Shown: in pieces, positions 10,756-25,173 of the stretch | Layout of the letters: every line of letters begins with the position of its first letter | How positions within the stretch are numbered: position 1 is the first letter of the stretch | Origin: Eledone cirrhosa | Lineage: Eukaryota | Direction: 5' to 3' | Length of the DNA stretch: 64,000 nt | NCBI GenBank assembly: GCA_964016885.1 | Contig: OZ024740.1 | Location: 394,134,001-394,198,000, forward strand | Notes under the pieces: model-generated | The model's input: only the letters and a program-made list of their open reading frames with translations | Told to the model about the DNA's origin: nothing | The model's database searches: none | Translations under genes and position numbers: made by a program

Positions 10756-13700
10756 ATGACCTCACTCAGAATAGGCAGCATAAATGCGCGTGGCTTGGGG
10801 TCGTCATGGGAGCAGGGTCACCTGCTCAACGACCTCAGGTCACTAAACATAGATGTAGTGGCCATCAGCGAGACCAGAATCTCCGAAGCACGGGCCTTCG
10901 CACCGATCTTCGGCGGCTACGATGTGTACGCATCTCCCAGCCGTCCTGGATCGGGGGGAGGAGTTGCGGTGCTTTTTCGGAGAGGTTTGGATCTCGCCAT
11001 ACGGGCCATCTTCCTGGACCCAGAGGGCAAGTTGGTGGTGCTGGACGTGACCAGCGGAGACGGGAAAGCTTTCAGGCTAGTGGCCGTCTATACCCCGACA
11101 GGAGCAGGGCGGTCTGATTTCTTCCGGCGTCTGGAGAGCTTTCTTGGAACGTCCCGCTCTTTACTGTTAGTGGGCGACTGGAACGGGATCTTAGATGCAC
11201 GCTGGGACTGTGTGGGATTAGCGGATAGGGGGTGGAGGGTGCAAGAGCCTCACCAACCTGCTCAGGCGTTTTGAACTGTCTGACAGGTACCGATTGGATT
11301 TCCCGAATTTGCTAATGTGGACTTGGACAAATCGCATAGGGTCATCCAGATCATATCTATATAGAGTATTTTGTAGGGAAATAGATAGGTCTAGCATAGG
11401 CTGTCCACAATTCAAGATATTCAGCTACACGGACCACAAATTCGTGATCTGTGTGCTTCACTTAGATAGGCTTCATAGACGAGGACCCGGCTACTGGAAG
11501 CTAAACGCGTCCTTACCAGCGCGCAAGGCCTACAGAGACCGGATTAGCAGAGACCGGATTCACAAATGTGTGAAGCTTTTCAGCGACTCTTCACTCAGCT
11601 GTTAGGGGGGAGCGGTGGGTCGGGTCGAGGGATGGACTTTAGTGTCGAGGCTCTTGGCCACTGAGGCGGAGTGTTGCGAAAGGCCGATAACAGCCGCTGA
11701 AGTAAGGGAGGCAATGACTGGCTGCACAAGGGGTAAATCGCCTGGTTTGGATGGTCTGCCTTATGAACTTTACGTACAGATGCCAGACTTGTTCGGAGGC
11801 CTCTTGGCGGACGTCTACTGCAACTGGCAACAGAACGGGAGAATTCCCAGTTCTGTGAGCCGAGGAGCGGTGGCACTGCTGAGAAAGGATCCGAACAAGT
11901 GTGATAACATAGATAATTTCAGGCCCATAACTCTGCTAAACACAGAGTTCAAGATTTTGGCCAAGGTGCTAGCAAAGAGGTTGGCGCTTGTCGTTGGTGG
12001 TCTGGTGGGAGAGGCGCAGACATGCGCCATTCCCGACAGATCCATCCACGACAACCTCCACCTCATGCGATACATCGTAGAGAGGGTAGCTAGGGAACCT
12101 GGCACGAGTGGGTCCTTGATCAATTTAGATCAGTCGAAAGCTTTCGATAGGGTCGACCATCGTTACCTAGCGGCAGTCCTGAGGGCGGCTGGCTTTGGGC
12201 CCGTCTTCAGAGGCTGGATCGTTGCCATGCACAGCGACATCTGCTCTGTGGTGAGAGTGAACGGTCACCTTACGGAACCGTTCAACATCATGCGCTCGGT
12301 CCGCCAAGGATGTCCCCTCTCGTCCCTCTTGTACGTATTGACTCTCGAGCCATTACTGCACAAAGTAAAGTTGTTGAGGGGCGTCCCGCGCGAACTAGGA
12401 TGCGGAAGATCCGTGTCAGCATATGCGGACGATGTCACCGTAGTGGTGTCGAACGCCAAACACATCTAGGCGATCGGCACTACACTAAGAGAATACGAAG
12501 CGGTGACAGGAGCAATGATCAACCAGGAAAAGTCAGTGGGCCTGCAGCTCGGCACCTGGAGAGGCAGGTCCATGCCGTCCAACAGCGTCGTCGGACGCTG
12601 GACGGACGGACCGTTTAAATTGCTAGGGGTCTGGTTCGGTCCGGACCTCCAGACGGACAAAAACTGGGACGAGATGACGAGCAGGGTGGCTTCTCTCACC
12701 CAGAAATGGGCGGAGAGGAAGCTATCCTTGAAAGGTCGAGCGGAGGTGGCTAACGCGTACATCGCGTCTGTCATCTGCTACCGCCTGACCATCGTACCTT
12801 GTCCTAAGCCCCTCCTGACTGCGCTGGAGCGTTTGCTCTTTCGCTTTTTGTGGAAGGGACGCGCTCCGATGGTCAGGCGGTCCATCTGCTGTCAACACCC
12901 GCTACGTGGAGGACTGGGAATGCCGTGGCTGATGATGCGCAGACACGCGCTCAGGCTACGACATCTCCACCTCTTCCTCGACGGTGATCAGGTGTGGTCG
13001 CCGTTTGCTAGACACATATTTCCCCAGACACGTATTTCTCCAGCTGCAGTCCTGGGTCAAGCGAAGACCGAGAGGGAGCGCCTGGAGACTGGAATGTCTT
13101 CAGGCGCTCACAGCCCTCGACCAATCGGGCAATGTGATCGGTGGAAACTCCACCTCGGCGTTCTATAGAGGATTAGTGGAGGGGAAGAGCGACGACGTAC
13201 TTGGGGAAACTCTAGGCGTCGACGAAAATCAACTAGCCAATCTCTTCGGAAGAACTTTCAGGCCAGGGCCTATGGACAACTTCCAGAAATCTCTGGCCTG
13301 GCAGTGCTACCGAGGAGCCTTGCCAGTTCGGGATAAACTCTACAGGCATGGAGGTGCCGTCAGCCGGACATGTCCGAGGTGCGCGCAGGGCGACGAAACC
13401 GTCCTGCACACACTCGTCCAGTGTCCGAAAATTGCTGACTTGTGGGTTTATGTCGAACACCTGCTGTCGCGTTTAGGACGGATCCGGCTATCATCTGAGT
13501 CCATCGTGAGGATTGCCCCGCCCTCCTTCTTTAGCCGGGAAGGGCAGGCAGTTTTTATCTGTCTGGTGGCCATGGCGAAAGAGATAGTATGGTGCACACG
13601 TTTGAAAGGGCTGAAGACGAGCACTTACCTCTTCGGTGATACTCTGATTGAATTTTTCAAATTTCATTTGAAAAGGAAAATCAGAGTAGAGAGTGAAGTG

Positions 13701-13787
13701 CTCTCTTCCCAGCATTTTGTTGAAAGATGGGTGAGAGAAGCAAGAATGGCCCGAGTGAATGGGCCTACTCTGAGTATATATCTGTAA
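10756..13787 (+). pseudogene. Tx1-like ORF2 (APE endonuclease, RT, C-terminal zinc finger), fragmented
   Basis: SINARGL, AISET, GDWN, TDH, YWKLN, KSPGLDG, NFRPITLLN, DQSKAFD, VRQGCPLS, AYADD and CPRC..ETVLH..C motifs spread across five ORF pieces. Confidence 0.9.
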
Positions 13788-14035
13788 ATTAAAGGTAGAA
13801 AACTGGGAGAGGGCACTTGCCTTGGTGGTCAGGGTCATTGTGGCCTTTTACTGGGCTTTCTCCACAAATGTCCCTCCGAAGTCTCCCCCCTATTGGGGAA
13901 TTTTTCATTGTTATTTTTTGTTACATCCTCTGTTTTTGTTTTTTACACGCAGAAATGCCCATTTGTACCGTCCTGTATTATCCTGCACTGTCCTTAATGT
14001 CTACTTTATGTAAACCCTTGTGGTTAATAAAGAAA

Positions 14036-14079
<44 letters not shown>

Positions 14080-15203
14080 GTTGTTGTTGTTTTTGATGTT
14101 GTTGTTCTTCTTGTTGTTCTTATCACTATTATCATTATCATTCTTGTAAATAATTTTCGTGATATATGTAATATATATAGTTCATCTTATATTTCTCATT
14201 CTATCTTCTGATGAAGGACTAGTGTATGCAACGTTAAGACACTTTTTCTTATTATTTCAAGCGTTAAACTAATATATTCCTACATTACACCGTGCCGTTT
14301 GCTTTTTTAATTTTTATTTCTGTCTACTTTTTACACACATACGTATATAGTTCCTGGTACTAGCTGTTGAAACGACAAGAGCTCAGCCGCCGGAGTCCGA
14401 CTCTATCCAACGTATCGAGTACTCTGTTGAATAATTATTTACCGCATACAGTTTATTTGACCTTTCTTCAGTTCACTCAGCCAGAAGATGGGAATTGCAG
14501 CGTTACTGGTGCCAAGCTGCAACGGTCTTTGCTTTTACCTTGTACAACATCGGTTGCGTGGAGAGGGAAGATGTCAAGCTTTGTCGATTGTTGGTTTTTC
14601 AATAAAATCACATTCTAAGAATCTGTGTCTTGGAGTGGATCTTCTTAGGAGCACGTCAATTGTCAGCCATGACCAATGTTTCCACCATGCACATATAACT
14701 CAATTTTACATTTATTGTTGGTCTTTGTTTTGTGTGGTATTAGCCCACTTACACCTCGTGCTCCACTACAAATTCGGTATTGATAATTAAATACTACGGT
14801 GCTTTAAGCATTTGCCTCTTTAACCTTATGGTTAATTCAGTTAACACTCAACCGTGTACTTGATTCATATTTCATAATCATCACCTGCTTGTCAAAACAT
14901 AAGGTTAGGCCCAATGGAATTTGAAGCCAGAATATTAAATACGGAGTTAAACATCACTGTCTGTTTCCATTGGCTCTATACTGTTTTTATGTAATCTTCC
15001 GGTTTGTTTGTGTTGTTATTCTTTTACAATGTTTGAGAGCATGCAATAATTTGTTATAATATTTTTCAATATAATTGTTTCATTTGCTATCGACATTTAC
15101 TTCACATCTATTCATTATATATGTGCGTGTTTGCGTAATAATATATATCTATATAATTACACAGACACAAACACGCACGCACTCACACACACACACACAC
15201 ACA

Positions 15204-15243
<40 letters not shown>

Positions 15244-15403
15244 TATATATATACACCTAATATTTACACATATATATGCGTATATACATATATTATATAC
15301 ACACATAGACACACACACACACACATACACACTCAACACACACATACACACACACACGTACACACACTCACACACACATACATATATATATAACACATAA
15401 TTG

Positions 15404-15584
15404 TTTCTACTTTTGGCACAAGGCCAGCAATAACTCAGTACATTACTAGTACTTTATGATATCGACCTCGTAAGGATGAAAGGCAAAGTTAACCTCGGCG
15501 CGATTTGAACTCAGAATGGCAAGGGCCGTAACTCTATGCGTCAAAGCATAGTGTCCGAGCCTCTACCGATACTGCCCATCCACC
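15404..15584 (-). mobile_element. tRNA-derived SINE (family A)
   Basis: ~182 bp copy with B-box GAGTTCAAATC and 3' end GCTGGCCTTGTGCCAAAAGTAGAAA. It matches copies at 22024, 27265, 50037, 50217 and 51400. Confidence 0.85.
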
Positions 15585-15705
15585 AATATATATATACACA
15601 TAATATATATATATACACATAATATTTACACATATATACGCGTAAATACATATATTACATATACACATAGACACAAACATATATATATATATATATATAT
15701 ACACA

Positions 15706-15741
<36 letters not shown>

Positions 15742-15756
15742 CTTACACACACACAT

Positions 15757-15788
<32 letters not shown>

Positions 15789-16041
15789 GAGTGTGTGTGT
15801 GTATGCGTGTGTATAGGGAAAGAGTGAGTGGGAGAGAATGAAGGAGGATGTGAGAAAAATACACACAAGAGTATGTTTGCTTCTGATATTTACTTTGTTT
15901 CACTATATTACTCTCTTATGTTCGAAATCTGTGTCTGACCGAGTCTGCTCCATTTCACTGTATTCTCTCTTTCTATATATATATGTACTATACATAATTG
16001 CTTATGTATAGTACGGGTGTTCATAGATAAATACATACATG

Positions 16042-16114
<73 letters not shown>

Positions 16115-16277
16115 ATATATATGTGTGTATGTGTATGTGTGTATGTGTATGTGTATGTGTACACCAATACATAAGTATATACTTAGATTATATATATATA
16201 TATATATATATATATACGTATATATATATATATATATATAAATATATATATATATAAATATATAAATGTATATATAC

Positions 16278-16398
<121 letters not shown>

Positions 16399-16904
16399 TA
16401 TGCAACTATCTATAATATCGCTCTATTTCTCTTACTCTTTCTTCTTATACTCTCTTTCTCTCCGATATTATCTTCTTCCTTCCACTAGCCCATACCTTTA
16501 GACACATCGATTTTCTATCAAGACATTGGTTCATTTATTTTATCCACACTAAAGAGTCGATGTTAAAACACATTGTCATCAACAGTCACGAGCTAAATCG
16601 AACGAACGTACAATTAGTCTCTCTTTTGTTTGTTTGTATTATTTTGTTAGATGATGAGTGGGTAACACAGACAGACATCACATCTTTTAAAATTACTAGT
16701 TTGTCAGAATAAAACAAACAAACAAAAAAATAGACAGACATATCATGCTATATCATTAACACGAAACCAGTGGAATAGCTTACAAAACAAATTGTCTGTA
16801 CGCATATTTAAATAGTTTCAAGTTACCCAGTTTTTATATTTGTCCATCTTCATCATGTTCAAAACCAGCCACAAATACTCAACACTAAACACAGCCAAAT
16901 AATG

Positions 16905-17050
16905 TTTCTACATTTGGCACAAGGCCAGAAATTTGTAGGGAGAGGGAAAGTCGATTAAATCTCTGAAAGATAAACCACGATTTGAACTCAGAATGTAAAA
17001 GTTCAGAACGAACACTACCAAATATTCGATGCAACACATTAATGACTCTG
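16905..17050 (-). mobile_element. Older, diverged SINE related to family A
   Basis: Shares the TTTCTA..TTTGGCACAAGGCCAG end and GATTTGAACTCAGAA with family A. Confidence 0.55.
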
Positions 17051-17247
17051 GAAATCAAAGTTTTTCTAATTTTGGCCCAAGGACAGCAATTTGGGGCGGG
17101 CAGGAAAAGTCGAGATTACATCATCTTCAAATCTTTCTAAAGTAACTGTAATATACTAGGAGGGGCAGTGCGATTCACTGCACTATATTTAACCTGGTTC
17201 TAAAATTTGCCTTATGTCTTGTAAAAATAAATTTATTCGTATTTATA

Positions 17248-17465
17248 GAAAAATGGAAAAACTCGGCGAAAGGAAGCTGCTGTTAAAACAGCAAAATGGC
17301 GTCGAAGCAGCATTGGATAAAAAATTACCTCGAAGGACAGAAGTCTTCGAGTCAACTCACTTCGAGCCGCTGATTTCTGTCCCTCCAGGTAGTGTTTTAC
17401 CCAACGCTGTTTCGACGGCATTTTGCTGTTTTACCAGCTTCTTTACGTCGAATTTTTCCATTTTC
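17248..17465. repeat. Imperfect palindrome (~100-bp arms)
   Basis: AAAAATGGAAAAACTCGGCG..AAAACAGCAAAATGGCGTCGAAGCAGC..GGACAGAA is mirrored by TTCTGTCC..GCTGTTTCGACGGCATTTTGCTGTTTT..CGTCGAATTTTTCCATTTTT. Confidence 0.8.
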
Positions 17466-17739
17466 CTGAGAATTCTAATACACTCGCTTTTCAAAACTCG
17501 ATATTTGAGTTAATTTTGCTCATAGGTTTATGTGTTTCATCTGTGTAATATCCCACATTCTCGACTCTTGTGACAAATAATGATAATGATAGTTGCTCAA
17601 ATTTTGGGTGTAACATCAATTTATCTCTCCGTAAATGTTGTACTGTCATTACTATATTTCTCCTCTTGGGCTTTTATTATCATTGATATGTTGATCAGGG
17701 AGGGATGGGCTTTCTTTGGGGTAGTCCTTATAAAGTGAA

Positions 17740-18640
17740 GAATTTATTGAAACATATAACACTGTTGCTAATAGTAAATAGCATCAATAAAGAAATTGAC
17801 CTGATGTTTTATTTAGAAATATAGGCCAAGACAACATTAAAGAGAGAAAATTTTATAAAACCATTTGTATCTTATTATATAAAGAAACAGTTACATATTA
17901 AATACCTAGAACAACCTGGCAAATACTTATGAACTAATGAACTAGACAAAGTATAACACATACATAGGAAAGAAAAGCATAGAAAGGAATATTATTAACG
18001 TATCACATTATTTCTTAAAACATAGCTAAATGCTCAAAATAAGTAGCGATATTTTAGCGGTTCTTGTGTAGTTTTAATATAAACATTTAGAAGTGAAGTG
18101 AATTAACACAACTAATCATGAGACAAATATTGACTGAATTTACAATTTAACATTCCAATGCATACAAAGCTTATATTAATCAGAAGCATATCTTGTAAAG
18201 AATAAAGGGAAATACATACAAATAGCTATAAACATGAAACAATGACTGTATTCTGCCCTTTAGGAGAACAATAAAAATAATTCAGAGAATGAGAAAACAG
18301 AGTTCTGAAACGGCCAGGGGAGGAGCAACAGAAGCTATAAAACGGCCAGGGGAAGAGCAACAGAAGCTATAAAAAAAATAATAACGAAACTGAAAATAGA
18401 ATTACAAAAACCTCCTGTTATAACGATGTTAAGAAAAGTTCATACACATACATAGCTAATACTAGAGGAAAGTTAGGAAAATGGAAGTAGATAAAGAAGA
18501 AAAAACTCAACAATAACTGGAAAATGCAAGACTGAAAGGGGAAATCGAAACATTTTTTATTGCGATACAAAACCAATGGCTTTTCATCAAATATACAAAA
18601 ATTATATATTGAATATGCAGAGGTTATGAATAAAATCCAT
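17740..18640 (+). pseudogene. Highly decayed R4-type RT fragment
   Basis: Broken translation gives KYL..NELDK...RKEYY.RI..FLKT.LNAQNK and ARLKGEIETFFIAIQNQ, colinear with YKYLG...EYIRRV...LNSRN and LKKATEGMLMAAQEQ of the 729-aa ORF. Confidence 0.55.
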
Positions 18641-18660
18641 AATATATATATATATATATA

Positions 18661-19390
18661 GAAAAAGAGATGAAATCGAAAATGCAACTGAAGTCTTATT
18701 TTTTTTTTAAATATATATATTTATTTGGTTCCTTTACCGGTTTCGCAGTTCTTCTGCTTTTCAAAAGGGGAGTTGAGATGGAGGGTCTGTGGTTTTTCTC
18801 ACATCTGGTTGGTCTCTGAATGTTACTTGTTTTATATGGAAAAAGTGGCTCGAAATTCCAGGTTTTTCGAGAAGTAATTTGATTGGTTTGTCAATAATTA
18901 TAATAAATTTCGCGCCAGTTCCCGTTACAATAGTTCTTCAAATAAGAGAGGGGGGGGGGGGGGGGGGTTGTCACAGGTTGTTTTTACATATATGAGTGTT
19001 TGAATTTCTTTTTACTTGAAAAGCCTTCGTGAGCCTCCTTTTTTCAAGTAAAAAGAAATTCAAACACTCATATATGAAAAAACAACTTGTGACAACCCCC
19101 CCTCTCTTATTTGAAGAACTATTGTAACGGGAACTGGCGCGAAATTTATTATAATTATTGACAAACCAATCAAATTACTTCTCGAAAAACCTGGCTTTCG
19201 AGCCACTTTTTCCATATAAAACAAGTAACATTCAGAGACCAACCAGATGTGAGAAAAACCACAGACCCTCCATCTCAACTCACCTTTTGAAAAGCAGAAG
19301 AACTGCGAAACCGGTAAAGGAACCAAATAAATATATATATTTAAAAAAAAAATAAGACTTCAGTTGCATTTTCGATTTCATCTCTTTTTC
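18661..19390. repeat. Near-perfect 730-bp palindrome (fold-back element) between (TA)n tracts
   Basis: Arms ~18661-19022 and ~19041-19390 are reverse complements with few differences and a ~20-bp spacer. Confidence 0.95.
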
Positions 19391-19451
19391 TTTATACTTT
19401 CACTCGTGTAGGACACCTCGGTTATTTTTCATTTTGTAAAAAAAACCTCAC

Positions 19452-19488
<37 letters not shown>

Positions 19489-22023
19489 AGTTTCAACTGC
19501 ATGTTTAAAGCAGACACACTAACCCAGGCTACACCACTCTCTCACTCTCCCCAGTTGCACTTTCCTATTTACCTATCAAAATCCACAACCCCCTTGAACA
19601 GGAATTTGATAAATCTGATGTGAGTTTGGCCGATGATAAGAATCCGTGTCCTTAGTCCTTTAAATCATCTATCACACAACCTCTTTCATCAGAATAAAAT
19701 AGCTTGCTCTTTTGGGAAAGTAATTCCTAACCACGGAACGTATATAAAAAGCAGCTGCTTAATTCGTTCTCGATGAAACCCTGCAGAAAATCATCACTCA
19801 TGCCATCCACTAATGATCTACGTCCAATTTTGAACTACACTTCATTCAGTAGTGAGGTCTCATCAAGGAATCGAGCTGTGGAAAGTTGTTCCTATCAAAA
19901 GGAATCTATAGATATTGCAACTTAGTGGCATTTAGAGATCTCAACACATGGTTAGTTGGCAGCAGATGAACTTCCTGATTAAGAGAACATCTCTATTTTA
20001 AAAGAAGCAAACGTGTCGTACTTCTAATCCTCAGATGTGATCTTGAGGCAGTAAACCATGGAGGCTATCTCTGCGTTCGTCACTTCTGCTCGACATCTTG
20101 TATCCTTATTTCAGTACTTATCCAACTGGCAATCTGGTAAGACCCAGAGTGCAAGCACTTTTAGTCTCGCCACCACATTGTGCATAACAGAGATCCAAAA
20201 CTTAGATTTTCAACAGAAATCAACTTACGACGGTTATGTCGCAATGTTCAATTTTTGCTGCATTCTATCTCCCCTGATCATTGTTTCGTCAAGCGTAAAT
20301 TCCAGCGTCTCCAGTCAACCATTTCCGTAAATAATCGGAAAATTGTTGCTGGAGAACAACGTATATCTACCTAGAATCGTATATCATACCCATCATGGTT
20401 CAATAAAAATAACATTTGATTTTGATTCCGTGTCGTACATCTATCACTTAGGCCCATCAAATGACTTTCTCACTATCTTGTCTAATATTTCGCATTTTGT
20501 TTTAGACAACGCAAACTTCGTGTTTCGCATCACCATATTGGTTAATTACGATGACTTCCTTAATGTTTTATGTAATCTGTATTTCTTCTTCAGTAGATCA
20601 GTAAATACTTCTTAAACATAACCAAACTTTTAAAAATGTATCATGTTATTTAGTTGTTTATTGCACTGCCATAGCTGCTTGTTGCATCCCACGATTGTTC
20701 GAATTCTTCATTTGTTATTTTGAACTTTTTCATCTGCAGCGATTCCTTCAACATACATATTCGTCTCCAAATTATATATACGTCTGATGCTGTTGGCACT
20801 GGATTCATTTCTATCATGTTTTTATTTAGATATTGGTAAAATCTTCTTCAAACGTTCTTTGATTTCACGAATATAATCTTTAATGTTGTATTTTGCATAA
20901 TTTCTTGGTTGATTACATTTACTATCAACTTCATACCATCTTATTTGCTTGGGATTAGGTGTTCGTATATGAACAGTTTTGAAGAATATTCAGTTTTCTT
21001 TGTGACAACTTACTGCATTGGTCATTTATTTTATCCTTACGATACGTCTATTTTCACTTCATCTACAGTGGGTAGTTACGTATTTTTAAAAATTCTTGTC
21101 GCAATTTTATCGTTAAGTTATATATTGTGCTGCTCCATTGGAAGATCTATCGATTTTAATTCTTTATCTATTTCCACCTTCACATTATCATCCGCTGTAG
21201 AACTTTCTATTCTTAAATCTTTCTCATATTCATATCTATTCAGTTGTTCGTTTGTGTAGTTCTTGTGTGGCATTTGTTGGTCAGCATTTTACTAAGTAGC
21301 TAAGTATATCTTAGTGATTTATGTATTCTATGCTTTATGGTTTTATACTTTACGTGGTTGCATTTTTGTTGTTAGTATTTTCGTTATGTATTATTTCTTT
21401 AAAGTGATCTGTTTCTATTTCGGATATCGTTTTGTTGTTGTGAATGTATCTTCTGAAACTAACTACTCTTTTGGAATCCAATGTTACTTTTAGATCAGGG
21501 TTATTTTGTTTTCAGAAATTGTATGCGTATAGTGTGCTAGTTTCGTTTTGGGGGCAGAAGGTCACTTTGAAATATGAATTTAGTATAGAAATATATTTCT
21601 CACATCTTCATATACTCTCTTTTGTTTCTTTTGCAGAAATTGAGAAGTAAAGTTAAACCTTTTATTTAGATTGTCATACTTTTCAGATAGCAGTTTACTC
21701 GTTTCTGGGTGTGTGTCCATTTTGTATCCCGATTGTTTTATAATGTTTAACTTCCTTGAAGATAAATATCGTTATTTTTTTTTTCATATTTTGTAGCTAT
21801 TTGTATTAGTTATCCATTATTCTTTACAAGATAGTTTTGAAATTCTACTGAGCATATTTTATATAAGTTTTGTAGATGCTGGAGATTCCTACTTCTCTGA
21901 ATTCGGATCTTTCAATGTCAGATTTTGTGTGGATTATTCAGTTAATTTTCTCCTTTTTCTGCTAATTGTTGCTAATTAACTTAGTGTCGGATTTACAGTA
22001 TTATGACTAGAATTTGATAATTC

Positions 22024-22208
22024 TTTCTACTTTTAGCACAAGGCCAGCAATTACCCAGTGTATTACTGGTACTTTATTTTATCGACCCCCGTAAGGATGA
22101 AAGTCAAAGTTAACCTCGGCGGGATTTGAACTCAGAATGGCAAGGACCGTAACTCTATGCGTCAAAGCATGGCGTCCGACCCTCTACCGATACTGCCAAT
22201 CCACCGCC
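22024..22208 (-). mobile_element. tRNA-derived SINE (family A)
   Basis: Full-length copy with flanking near-duplication AATTTGATAAT/AATTTAATAAT. Confidence 0.88.
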
Positions 22209-23891
22209 CTACAATTTAATAATGGAACAGTTAGAATACTGATGCCTATTGCTGTATTTTACTCCTATTACCTCTTGCTGTATTTTACTCCTATTACCTC
22301 TGTCTTAAAGCATTGATTTCGTTCTTCGTCACCTTTATCGTCGTCATCGTCTTCTTCTTCTTCTTCTTCTTCTTCTTCTTCTTCTTCTTCTTCTTCTTCT
22401 TCTTCTTCTTCTTCAATATGATAACTCCAACAATTTCATGCAAGTTTCGTCACATCCATGTTTCCATGACAGGTGTAGAATTGTGAAATCCTTTGTTTTG
22501 GAATTTGATTTGATGTTTGGGGGCTACTTTGCGTTTCGTCTTTTATTGTGTGTAACATATGGGCTATGTGATTTTTGTATGTAACATATTATTTTCTCTG
22601 GATAGAAATATCTGTGGTACGCTAGAGTTACTGCCTTAAAAAATCATGGATACCACCCTTTTCCCCGAGGTTTTTCACAAAATGTGTTCTACGAAAGATT
22701 TCGGATTCGACATCAGTTGCCTTTAATAAAATTGTATTAAAAAATTATCTTTTTTTTTTTTACATGAATAAATTCTCTCTCTAACCAATTTTGTTACGTT
22801 TAATGTGTAATTAAAATCAAGGGATTGTCCATTAAATATAAGTATGAGTTTTACGATTTTTCAAACTCGTATAATGGTTTCACATGAAAATCTTTGTAAA
22901 CCACTGTTCTTGAAAAAAAAACAAAAAACATTACTTGTCATGTGGAAGGAGTTTTTTTTTCAAGCTATAAGCAGAGCTAAACGTGGTATTTTTTCAATAA
23001 CAACAACAATGTATAAATATAATAAAATGTGAATAAACAGCAGTTAAGATAATAAACATATCAAAACATTGATATAAAATAAAAATATAAAAAAAAAAAA
23101 AATCAATGGCACCAAATGCAAAAATATATATATATATATTAAATAATCTCATAAAAAAAAACAAAAATAGCAAGGGCAATGGTTCCGGTTAATGTCTATA
23201 AACTAGTTTTCAAAATTCATCCAACCTTAGAGAGAATCTGAATTTGAGAGGAAAGAGAAGGAAAAAAAGGAAACAACAACAAAAGAAAAACCGAGTCATT
23301 TAACAACTATCAATCTATGGCAATCGTCTTTATATTTGCTATTAGATAGAGCTAATAACTGCCAACCCCATCACAGAAAAGAAAATACAAAAAAAGCAAA
23401 CAGCATCAAAACAGGAAAAACGACAACAGCAGCAAAAAAATGTTACACCATCTCTTCGAACAATGACGAGAAATATTTTGGACATCATTATTGTTTATTT
23501 TTATTCGTATTTTATTTGTTACTTTTATATTTTTTATTTTAAAAAATTTTTTCTTTCAATTTAAATTCTGTATTTATTTTTGCTGTATTTATTTTAGATT
23601 ATTTTTTCCTTTTAATTTTTAAAGCATTTCATATCCTGAGTAATTAATGACTTTCCAACAGATATTGGCAGCTTTAAATTATGAGTGGTTTTCATTTTTG
23701 AATTGTTTAGCCCCTCTCTCTCTTTTCTCTCTCTCTGACTCTGTCTCTCTGCTCATTCTCTCTCTGACTCTCTCTCTCCTTCTCTCTCGCCCTCTATCTC
23801 TCTCCACTCTCTCTGACTCTCTGACTCTCTCTCTGCTCTCTCTGACTCTCTTTCTCCTTTCTGACTCTCTCTCTCTCTGACTCTCTGTCTG

Positions 23892-23952
<61 letters not shown>

Positions 23953-24139
23953 CGGTCTTTCAGATACTCCCTCTCTCGCTCTCTCTCTTTCTTATTTTCC
24001 TTCTTTCTTTTTCTCCCTCTGCGTCCCTCTCACACACACAGGCTCCTAACTAAAATGTACAAGGGAGCCACTATCGATTCTATTGTACATCTATTGATTA
24101 CATCTATTTTACATATAATTCTTCTTCTTCTTCTTCTTC

Positions 24140-24171
<32 letters not shown>

Positions 24172-24399
24172 GTTGTTGTTGTTGTTGTTGTTATTGCTTC
24201 GTTTCACGAAACAACGTGTTAAATTGCTCCATTTGTTCCATTTTTACATTGTTATCTAACTTATCTTCTAGAACATTTGTAACTTTTTTGTAGTGAAACG
24301 AACCAGTAACGTCGAGAGCTGGTTAGTTTATCTCTAACTTTAGCCATTAGTGGCTAAACATGTGTTTGTTTACCAAACACGCCCTTCAATATTTGGGAG

Positions 24400-25104
24400 A
24401 ATTAAGATGGCGAGCAAACATTTTGCGTCTGCTAAACTATAGCTGACTGTCAAGAAAATGGAACAGTGAAAATTCACAGAACAGTGACGATCGCAGCAGC
24501 AGCAGCAACATCAACAACAACACCAGTAAAACACTATCAGTACCACATCTGCCAGAGTCTGTCACCATGAATGCCACCGTACCCAGCACCATGACAGTAA
24601 GCACAACCAAAGCAAATACCACTAGCACCACCATGACCCCAATCACAGCCAGCGCAAGAGCTGAAACAAAAATAATAACAGTATCACAGACAACAGTGGC
24701 AACACAAATGACAACTACTACACATAACAACATGGAAAACAATAACAACAATATCATGAATCGACTATCACAATAAAAGTACATTTCCTGCAATAGCTGC
24801 CAAAGTTTACTCAAACCTTTACTGTACCATTGCAGAAAAGGGCACATGTTTGGCCCAAGTGGCGAAACTTATATTATAAAACTAGAAACACCAGAAAACA
24901 CAAAAACCACTCCCACAACAAATACAGACACAGCTACAACAACACTAACACCACCACCACCACTACCAGCAACAAGAACCCCAACACTACCAACGAAATG
25001 AAAACACGCACAACACCCAAATACACAGACTCCAAACATCATACTAATGAGAAAGGCCTACGAAGTAAATATATTGAGATACAGATATATATATATATAT
25101 ATAT

Positions 25105-25173
<69 letters not shown>

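Larger units (their letters stand above)
8400..14037 (+). mobile_element. Near-full-length Tx1/L1-clade LINE with frameshifts and stops, in (TAT)n
   Basis: 5' UTR, ORF1 with a gag knuckle, ORF2 APE-RT-CCHC, 3' UTR with AATAAA, and (ATT)n at both flanks. Confidence 0.9.

Noticed and set aside
14205-14260. CTGATGAAGGAC as a hammerhead
   Set aside because: No closing stem II-GAAA at a suitable distance.
18307-18374. 33-bp tandem duplication (also 27005-27115) as a CRISPR-like array
   Set aside because: No unique spacers, only 2-3 units, eukaryotic context and no cas genes.
19500-22320. Strand-biased region that may be a very old minus-strand LINE
   Set aside because: Only vague peptide hints and no diagnostic RT or endonuclease motif could be read.
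22620-23700. Homopolymer-rich stretch as a special low-complexity element
   Set aside because: It may reflect low consensus quality, and no structure could be supported.
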